In this document: piece by piece, positions 8,256 to 14,586 of the stretch
Layout of the letters: every line of letters starts with the position of its first letter
How positions within the stretch are numbered: the first letter of the stretch is position 1
Assembly (NCBI GenBank): GCA_035689585.1
Contig: DASSLJ010000066.1
Span: 1 to 32,506, forward strand
Length of the DNA: 32,506 nucleotides
Source of the DNA: Candidatus Dormiibacterota bacterium
Lineage (GTDB): Bacteria; Chloroflexota; Dormibacteria; Dormibacterales; Dormibacteraceae
Direction: 5' to 3'
Notes under the pieces: model-generated
Database searches by the model: none
Seen by the model: the letters and a program-made list of their open reading frames with translations, nothing else
What the model was told of the DNA's origin: nothing
Program-made: the position numbers and the translations under genes

Positions 8256-8855
8256 ATGGAATTTCAAGAGCTGGTTCGAAAGCGCCGGATGGTACGTAAG
8301 TTTCAGCGGCGTCCGGTGCCGCGCGACGTTTTGATGCGGGTTCTCGAAGTCGCACGACACGCGCCGTCCGCCGGATTCAGCCAGGGCTTCGATTTCGTCG
8401 TGCTGGACGAGCCGGAGCAGATCGACTGGTTCGTCCGGACGACCAGTCACCCCGATTTTCCGGACGACGCCCCGTCAACCGACGAGATACCGCCTTGCTT
8501 GGTGCTGGCAATCTCCAACAAGCCGGCCTACCTCGAGCGCTACTCGCGCCCTGACAAAGAGAGGTTCGGTCTGCAGAAGGCCGAAGCATGGCCGGCGCCC
8601 TACTGGGACGTCGACACGGGGATGGCCGTGATGCTCGTCCTGCTGGCGGCACTCGAGGAAGGCTTGGGCGCTTTGTTCTTCGGTTTGTTCTGGGGTGAGG
8701 ACGTATTGATGAAGGCGCTTGGCGTCCCCGAAGGGTGCAGGCCGATCGGCGTGATCGCGCTCGGTTACCCGCACGACTCCGAACGCTTCGATCCGTCGCG
8801 GTTCGCCGCCCGGCGGCGGTCGCTCGAATCGATGCTGCACTTCGGCCGATGGTGA
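8256..8855 (+). CDS. nitroreductase family protein
   Basis: 3' 199 aa of ORF 7839..8855. Contains RRMVRKFQRRPVP...VLEVARHAPSAG and the C-terminal PIGVIALGYP. ATG at 8256 follows an A-rich stretch. Confidence 0.85.
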   Translation: MEFQELVRKRRMVRKFQRRPVPRDVLMRVLEVARHAPSAGFSQGFDFVVLDEPEQIDWFVRTTSHPDFPDDAPSTDEIPPCLVLAISNKPAYLERYSRPDKERFGLQKAEAWPAPYWDVDTGMAVMLVLLAALEEGLGALFFGLFWGEDVLMKALGVPEGCRPIGVIALGYPHDSERFDPSRFAARRRSLESMLHFGRW

Positions 8856-8875
8856 GCGTCAATTAGCCTTCGGAT

Positions 8876-9664
8876 ATGAACCGCGCGCCCGTCGGCATCT
8901 TCGATTCGGGCGTCGGCGGCCTGTCGGTTCTGCGTGAGATCCATGCCGCGATGCCCGCCGAGTCCGTCTTCTACGTAGCCGACTCGGCGAATGCGCCTTG
9001 GGGCGACAAGCCGCCCGGGTTCGTGCGCGAGCGCGGTCTGGCGATCTCGCGGTTTCTCGTCGGCCAGGGAGTGAAGGCGATCGTGATCGGCTCGAACACC
9101 GGGACCGTCGGCTCGGCCGAGGCGCTGCGCAGCACCCTGACGATTCCGGTCGTCGGCATCGAGCCGGGCATCAAGCCCGCGGTGAGCGCGACCAAGTCGG
9201 GCGTCGTGGGGGCGATCGTTCCGGCCGCGGTCGGCGGTTCGGATCGCCTGGCGTCGCTCCTCGACCGCTTCGGCGGTGACGTCAAGGTGATCGTCCAGCC
9301 CGTCCCCGGCGTCGTCGAGCACATCGAGCAGGCAGACCTCGACAGCCCCGAGCTGCGGCGAATGGTCGAGGGCTACATCCGCCCGATGCTCGACGCCGGC
9401 GCGGATGTCATCGTCGCCGGCTCGACGCATTACGTGTTCCTGCGGCCGCTGCTGGCTCAGATCGCGCCGCACGTCACGCTGATCGAAACCGGCGCGGCGG
9501 TGGCGAGACGGCTCAGGGACGTGCTCGAAGAACGTGGGCTCTTGGCGGAGGGCGGCGACGGAGACGAGCGGTTCTGGACGAGCGGCGACCCGGCCTCGTC
9601 GAGTCGGGTCATCTCGACGTTGCTGGGCCGCGAGGTCACGGTGGAGAAGCTGCCGGCGTCCTAG
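8876..9664 (+). CDS. murI: glutamate racemase (MurI) family protein with both catalytic Cys positions replaced by Ser; no Cys in the whole protein
   Basis: MurI motifs GIFDSGVGGLSVL, YVADSANAPWG, VVGIEPGIKPA and IETGAAVARRL are present. The usual ACNT and GCTH positions read GSNTGT (Ser73, tcg 9092-9094) and GSTHYV (Ser183, tcg 9422-9424). Confidence 0.8.
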   Translation: MNRAPVGIFDSGVGGLSVLREIHAAMPAESVFYVADSANAPWGDKPPGFVRERGLAISRFLVGQGVKAIVIGSNTGTVGSAEALRSTLTIPVVGIEPGIKPAVSATKSGVVGAIVPAAVGGSDRLASLLDRFGGDVKVIVQPVPGVVEHIEQADLDSPELRRMVEGYIRPMLDAGADVIVAGSTHYVFLRPLLAQIAPHVTLIETGAAVARRLRDVLEERGLLAEGGDGDERFWTSGDPASSSRVISTLLGREVTVEKLPAS

Positions 9665-9681
9665 CCAGTCGCGATTCCTCG

Positions 9682-9737
9682 TTTTGCCGGCAGAAGTGGC
9701 ATTCGCCATGCGGCCAAATGTCCTTTTGCCGGCGAAA
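9682..9737. repeat. doublet of near-palindromes TTTTGCC|GGCAGAA and TTTTGCC|GGCGAAA, centres 42 bp apart
   Basis: Copies at 9682-9695 and 9724-9737 in the 93-bp convergent spacer between the MurI-like and mbfA genes. Confidence 0.45.
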
Positions 9738-9750
9738 TGAGCTAATCGGG

Positions 9751-9767
9751 CGGCGGCTCAGCCGCCG
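9751..9767. terminator. GC hairpin CGGCGGC-TCA-GCCGCCG spanning the mbfA stop codon
   Basis: Perfect 7-bp stem whose 3-nt loop is the complement of the mbfA TGA. No clear U-tract. The terminator role is inferred. Confidence 0.3.
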
Positions 9768-10927
9768 ACGCGGAGCACCAGTCCGATCGCGTACGTGATC
9801 CCACCGACGATCACACCGGCAAGCGTCATCTCGAGCCCTGCCGACCACCACGACCGCAGCGTGAACAGCGCTTTCGATGCGCCGACCAGGAAGTGCGCGA
9901 TCAGCGAGACGAGCGCCGCGACGATGACCGCGGTGCTGCCGCGCAGCCAGAAGAACGGGACTACCGGCACCATGGCGCCGATGAAGGTGCTGACGCCCGC
10001 GGCGATCGCAGCCTGGACGGGGTTGCCGGCGGTCTCGCTCGTGCCGAGCTCTTCGGGCGCGTGCAGCTTCAAGAGAGCGTCGGGATTCTTGGACAGCTGT
10101 TCGGCGAGGTTGTCGGCGGTCGCCTTGTCGATCCCCTTGAGCTGATAAAACAGCGAGACCTCTTCCTTCTCTTCCTCGGGGTTGTCGATGATCTCCTGCC
10201 GCTCGCGCTCGACGTTGGCGGCGGCGACCTCTCCCTCCGAGCGCTCGGCAAGGAACGCGCCCGTCGCCATCGACAGCGCGGACGCGATGGCGCCGAACAG
10301 GCCCGCGGTGAGCACGAAGCTGGAACCGCCGGTCGCGCCGGACACGCCGGCCACGATGCCGAACACGGCCGCCAGGCCATCGTTGGCGCCGTAGATCGCA
10401 CCCGATATCCAGCCGGCGCCGGTGCGGTGCCACGACTCTCGGCCGAGGATGCGGTTGAGCCGGCTCTGCACGCTCGACGGCATGGGCTCCGCGTGGTGCG
10501 CCACCTCCATCGACTCGAGCGAGCGCGAATGCGCTTGCTCTTCGACCCTGATCTGTTCGAGCACGGCGTCCGTCGCCGGGTCGCCCGTCGTGCGCTTGTA
10601 GCGGTCGGTGATCTCGACTTCTTCGGCCGCCTCCATGCGCTGGATGATCATCTCGACCGGTGCGATGCGCGCCTGCAGCCGCTGGATCGTCGAGAGCTTC
10701 ACCGTCGACGGATCTGGAACCGGCTGGCCAAGCTCGCGCAGCCGGCGCTCGATGCGCTCGCGGTGCGACGCCTCGGCGGCCGCTATCTCGCGAATGATCT
10801 GTCCGCGCCGCGAGTCACCAAGCCGGTCGGCGAGGAGGTTGTACATGGCGTTGGCCTCGACTTCGCCGTGCCACGCCTGGAGCAGACGCTCGACGGCGTC
10901 GCTCGTCGATGCCGTCGGTCGAGCCAC
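9758..10927 (-). CDS. mbfA: membrane-bound ferritin-like / VIT1 (CCC1) family iron transporter (MbfA-type)
   Basis: The N-terminal ferritin/erythrin-like domain has two E-x-x-H motifs (AAEASH, VEEQAH). The C-terminal VIT1 domain carries GAIYGANDGLAAVFGIVAGVSG, an acidic loop EIIDNPEEEKEE and terminal TM helices. The GTG start shares 1 nt with the upstream stop (TAGTG at 10925-10929). Confidence 0.8.
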   Translation of the reverse strand: MARPTASTSDAVERLLQAWHGEVEANAMYNLLADRLGDSRRGQIIREIAAAEASHRERIERRLRELGQPVPDPSTVKLSTIQRLQARIAPVEMIIQRMEAAEEVEITDRYKRTTGDPATDAVLEQIRVEEQAHSRSLESMEVAHHAEPMPSSVQSRLNRILGRESWHRTGAGWISGAIYGANDGLAAVFGIVAGVSGATGGSSFVLTAGLFGAIASALSMATGAFLAERSEGEVAAANVERERQEIIDNPEEEKEEVSLFYQLKGIDKATADNLAEQLSKNPDALLKLHAPEELGTSETAGNPVQAAIAAGVSTFIGAMVPVVPFFWLRGSTAVIVAALVSLIAHFLVGASKALFTLRSWWSAGLEMTLAGVIVGGITYAIGLVLRVGG

Positions 10928-12060
10928 TACTGAGTGTCGACCGGGTTCTGCGCCGCGTCGAGAGTGCCGACGACCACCGTGACTCGCTGCACCGCGTTGT
11001 TCTGCACACCTTCATAGTTCCAGCTGGTCTCGAGAGGCTGGACGTTGCCGGCCGAGTCCACGGCGCGGGCGCAGAGCTCGTACGCCCCAGGCCGGGTCGC
11101 GTCCCAGCTCGTGCGCCAGCCGCGCCACGCGTACGGCGAAGTCTCCGGTTCGAGCTCGGCATCGGACCAGGACGCGCCGCCGTCGGCGCTGAACTCGACT
11201 CGCGCGATCGCACCGCGTCCCGACCACGCGCGACCTTCGATGCTGACGGTCGACGGCTCGACGAAACGCGTGCGTGACATGAAGTCGGGGACGCCCGGCG
11301 GGACCATCAGCGCTCGTGGAAGCATGCGGGTGACCGGCTCGCCGGCATCACCTTCGACGGTCCGGAAGTGATACGCGGACGCCTGCTGGTAACCCTCGAA
11401 TCGGTGGTCGAGGACGGTGATCGACCGCAGCCACTTGACGTGCGTCATCCCGTACCAGCCCGGCACGACGAGCCGCACGGGAAAACCATGCTGCGGCGGC
11501 AGCGGCTGTCCGTTGATCGCATACGCGAGAAGCACCTCGTCGCGCACCGCGTCGTCGATGGAGAGGCTGCGTTCGTAGAGCTGCTCGACTCCACCCTGGA
11601 CTCCGCGATCGAGGCCGGTGAAGACGACGTCGACCGCACCCTCGCGCACGTGTGCGTCGCGAAGCACCGACGCCAGCGACGTGCCCGTCCACTCCGCGGT
11701 CCCCACCGCCTCGCCAAGCCACGGCTGGCTGAGCGGTCGGGGCGTCAATCGCGCGCGTCCGTTGCCCGCGCACTCGAGCGTCACCGCCAGCGTCTTCGCG
11801 GACCGCGACTTTAGGTCGTCGAGGTCGAGGCGCAGCGACTTTTGCACGTGGCCTCCGATGGACAACGCGTGAGTTTTGGCGTCAACGTACGGGATGTCGA
11901 AATGGATCAGCAGGTAGTGGAGACCGATAGGCGTGACGGGATAGCGCAGAGCCTCGAGCGGCATCGAATGGTTGCGCACCGCCAGCTGCAGCTCGTCAGG
12001 CGTGATGTCGGGCGACTCGATGAGCGTCCCCGCCGGGCGCGACCGCAAGACCTTCCCCAC
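10927..12060 (-). CDS. sulfite-oxidase-family molybdopterin oxidoreductase (no heme domain, no signal peptide seen)
   Basis: Mo-ligand Cys context TLECAGNGR, plus HGFPVRLVVPGWYGMTHVKWL. The C-terminal dimerisation/Ig-like domain is VEFSADGGASWSDAEL. GTG start at 12060. Confidence 0.85.
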   Translation of the reverse strand: MGKVLRSRPAGTLIESPDITPDELQLAVRNHSMPLEALRYPVTPIGLHYLLIHFDIPYVDAKTHALSIGGHVQKSLRLDLDDLKSRSAKTLAVTLECAGNGRARLTPRPLSQPWLGEAVGTAEWTGTSLASVLRDAHVREGAVDVVFTGLDRGVQGGVEQLYERSLSIDDAVRDEVLLAYAINGQPLPPQHGFPVRLVVPGWYGMTHVKWLRSITVLDHRFEGYQQASAYHFRTVEGDAGEPVTRMLPRALMVPPGVPDFMSRTRFVEPSTVSIEGRAWSGRGAIARVEFSADGGASWSDAELEPETSPYAWRGWRTSWDATRPGAYELCARAVDSAGNVQPLETSWNYEGVQNNAVQRVTVVVGTLDAAQNPVDTQ

Positions 12061-12084
12061 TCCGATCGGGCTAGTCTAGAAGTC

Positions 12085-12492
12085 ATGCAGGATCGAAGTG
12101 AAGAGGAGATCATCAGCCGCCTCCTCGAGCTCGAGAACGAAGAACAGGTCGAACGACGTGTCCGGCTGAGAGGCGAGAAATATCTATCGCTGGTGCACGA
12201 TCCCGACAACGGCAGGAGCTACATCCTTCGGCACGGGACCGATGAGACCGAGGGCGCCGAGATCCCAGAAGGCACCGAGTTTTACGAGTTCCCCGCCGTG
12301 GACGCCGCGCAGCGCGCCTACGAGCAGATGGTCGACGAATCGCGACGTGCGGGCGAGGTCGTCGAAGAGGATTCGACCGACGACCTCGGCGACTTCGAGA
12401 CGGGAGGCGCAGAGATCCGCGATCTCTACGCCGACCAGGACGAGGACGCACTCACCCAGGACCCCGTGATCAGCGAGGAAGAAGAGCCCTAG
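12085..12492 (+). CDS. hypothetical highly acidic protein (135 aa)
   Basis: 3' part of ORF 11842..12492, starting at the ATG at 12085. By my count 42 of 135 residues are D/E and 13 are K/R. Ends ...VISEEEEP. I recognise no family. Confidence 0.6.
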   Translation: MQDRSEEEIISRLLELENEEQVERRVRLRGEKYLSLVHDPDNGRSYILRHGTDETEGAEIPEGTEFYEFPAVDAAQRAYEQMVDESRRAGEVVEEDSTDDLGDFETGGAEIRDLYADQDEDALTQDPVISEEEEP

Positions 12493-13346
12493 ACCGAGGG
12501 CCCTTCTCCCAGAACCTGCAGCAGCCGGGCGGCGAACTCTTCCGGCCGCCCGTCGAAACCGCCGTGATCCCCTGGAAAGACGGTCGGTTCGACGCCGAGG
12601 CGCTTCGCCAAGCCGACTCCCCCGTCGTGCGCGAGCTGGCCGGTCGAGTCGGCGCCCACCGCTGCCACGACTTTGCACGGGCAGGCCTTCAGGGCCTCGA
12701 CGTCGACGCCGTAGTTCGCGATGTTGCGGATGTAGCGGCCGAAGAAGAACTCCATGTTGTGGTGCATCATCCCCATCGCCTCGAGCTGCTCGGGCGTCGG
12801 CTCGCCGCCCTCACCGGCCGGTGGCGGACCACCGTGGATGCCGATGAGGTTCATGAACTCACTCGCCGCCGCCCACACGCCCTGGCTCGCGCAGGTGTCG
12901 CACACGTGACCGAAAGCGGCGCGCGCACCCGCGGTGTCGGCGAGGAAGTCGGGCGCGGGAGGCTCGTGAAGCACTACGACATTCACCTGCTCGGGGTGCT
13001 TCTTGATCAGCTCCATCGCGATCACCGCGCCGCCGCTGCTGGCGAAGATGCAGGCCTTCTCATCGCCCAGGTGCTTCAGCAGGCGGTGCACGTCGTCGGC
13101 GAAGGTCTCGACCATGGATGCGTCGTCAATCGGAGCATCGAGGGTGCTGTGTGACAGATTGCGCGGGTCGTACGTGACGACCTTGTACTTCGTGGCAAGC
13201 CGGTCCTCGATCTTGCGGAAGGTCGTGGCGTCGGCCGGCCCGCCCGGCATCATCAGGAGGACCGGGCCGGCGCCGCGGACCTCGTAGTACAAGCTCGCGC
13301 CGGGGACTTTCAACGTCGCGGTTTCGTACGTGGAAATGGTCTTCAT
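12489..13346 (-). CDS. alpha/beta hydrolase
   Basis: VLLMMPGGPA, nucleophile elbow IFASSGGA, 285 aa. ATG preceded by GGGGG. Confidence 0.85.
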   Translation of the reverse strand: MKTISTYETATLKVPGASLYYEVRGAGPVLLMMPGGPADATTFRKIEDRLATKYKVVTYDPRNLSHSTLDAPIDDASMVETFADDVHRLLKHLGDEKACIFASSGGAVIAMELIKKHPEQVNVVVLHEPPAPDFLADTAGARAAFGHVCDTCASQGVWAAASEFMNLIGIHGGPPPAGEGGEPTPEQLEAMGMMHHNMEFFFGRYIRNIANYGVDVEALKACPCKVVAAVGADSTGQLAHDGGVGLAKRLGVEPTVFPGDHGGFDGRPEEFAARLLQVLGEGPSV

Positions 13347-13375
13347 ACCCCCTACGACTGCGTGCCGCCGAGAAA

Positions 13376-13678
13376 CTAATCGGTGCCTAAACGGCTCCTC
13401 ATGAACCGAGCGCCGGTGTTCGCGAGGTGGCGCGCCGGGTCAGGACTCATGGCCTTGCGCTCGGGCGATGCGTAGTAGTCGGCGTCAGCCTCCTTCCACG
13501 ATTTCGGGCCGTCGTACTTGAGGATCCAGACAAACTGTTCGCTTTCGTCCACGGTCCATGCACCGACGACCACGAAGCCATGCTTGGCGCGCAGAGGAAC
13601 GATCTTCGATCGCCACTCCGCGATCCACTCGTCCATCTCGCCTGGATTGACGGTGTACTCGCGGAGCTGGAAGATCAC
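13376..13678 (-). CDS. NIPSNAP-like small dimeric alpha/beta-barrel protein (100 aa)
   Basis: 3' part of ORF 13376..14206: VIFQLREYTVNPGEMDEWIAEWRSKIVPLRAKHGFVVVGAWTV...FVWILKY. The GTG at 13676-13678 overlaps the htpX stop (GTGA at 13675-13678). Confidence 0.6.
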   Translation of the reverse strand: MIFQLREYTVNPGEMDEWIAEWRSKIVPLRAKHGFVVVGAWTVDESEQFVWILKYDGPKSWKEADADYYASPERKAMSPDPARHLANTGARFMRSRLGTD

Positions 13679-14532
13679 GACGCCCGGCGCATGCCGCCCG
13701 CCATGTCCTCGAGGCGGCGAATGCGCTCCTCGATCGGCGGGTGTGTGCTGAAGAGGCCGGCGAAGGTCTGCCCGCGAAGCGGATTGACGATGTAGAGATG
13801 CGCGAACGCGGGCGACGCGGTCTGTGATGGCACGACCTGCGTCGCGCGCTCGAGCTTGCGCAACGCGGATGCGAGAGCGAGGGGATCGCCGGAAACCTCC
13901 GCGCCGGTGCGGTCCGCCTGGTACTCGCGCGAGCGTGAGATCGCAAGCTGGATCAGGAGCGCGGCGATCGGCGCGAGGATGAGCATCAGAAGGGCGACGA
14001 TGCCGCCCAGCGGGCTCTGCTGCCGGTCGTCGCGACCGCCGCCAAACCACAATCCGATCTGCGCGATGGTCGTGATCGTGCCGGCGATGACCGCGACGAC
14101 CGAGCTGATCAGGATGTCGCGGTTTTTGACGTGGCCGAACTCGTGCGCGAGAACGCCGTACAGCTCCTCCTCGTCCAGGATCTGGAGCAGGCCCTGGTTG
14201 ACGCATATCGCGGCGTGATGGGGATTGCGTCCGGTCGCGAATGCGTTGGGCGACGGGTCAGGGCTCACGTAGACCCTCGGACGCGGAACGCCGTACTGCG
14301 CGGCGAGGCGGTCGGCCAGGCGGTAGAGCATCGGCGCCTCTTGCGGTGTCACCTCTTTCGCACGCGCCGAGGCAAGGGCGATGCGGTCGCTGAACCAGTA
14401 CGCGACGCCGTTCATGACGATCGCGAAAACCAGGAAGAGCACCGTGCCCTGCGGCCCGAGCCACAGCCGGCCGATGAGCACGAGCAGGACGGTCAACGCA
14501 ATGAGGAGGACCGCCGTCTTGAGCTGGTTCAT
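13675..14532 (-). CDS. htpX: zinc metalloprotease HtpX (M48B)
   Basis: HEFGHVKNRD (HExxH), NAFATG, four hydrophobic spans. Start set to the ATG at 14530-14532 (MNQLKTAVLL). The track start at 14565 is TTG and lies inside a strong hairpin. Confidence 0.9.
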   Translation of the reverse strand: MNQLKTAVLLIALTVLLVLIGRLWLGPQGTVLFLVFAIVMNGVAYWFSDRIALASARAKEVTPQEAPMLYRLADRLAAQYGVPRPRVYVSPDPSPNAFATGRNPHHAAICVNQGLLQILDEEELYGVLAHEFGHVKNRDILISSVVAVIAGTITTIAQIGLWFGGGRDDRQQSPLGGIVALLMLILAPIAALLIQLAISRSREYQADRTGAEVSGDPLALASALRKLERATQVVPSQTASPAFAHLYIVNPLRGQTFAGLFSTHPPIEERIRRLEDMAGGMRRAS

Positions 14533-14550
14533 AAACCCATTCTTCCCCAG

Positions 14551-14577
14551 AAGGGGAGCCGGCAACCGGCTCCCCTT
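14551..14577 (-). terminator. intrinsic-terminator-like hairpin downstream of the Asp-box protein gene
   Basis: AAGGGGAGCCGG-CAA-CCGGCTCCCCTT forms a perfect 12-bp stem with a 3-nt loop, 10 nt past the stop at 14587. Only a weak U-tract follows (CUUCU). Confidence 0.7.
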
Positions 14578-14586
14578 GACGAAGTT

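Noticed and set aside
9636-10933. 265-aa (-) and 346-aa (+) ORFs across the mbfA locus
   Set aside because: The translations are dominated by Arg/Gly/Asp/His runs. The mbfA frame has clear ferritin-like and VIT1 motifs and GC3 bias, so these are shadow frames.
14533-14565. Longer HtpX N-terminus (MPAPLLGKNGF...) from the track start at 14565
   Set aside because: That start is a TTG sitting inside the 12-bp-stem terminator hairpin of the upstream gene. The ATG at 14532 gives a typical HtpX N-terminus.
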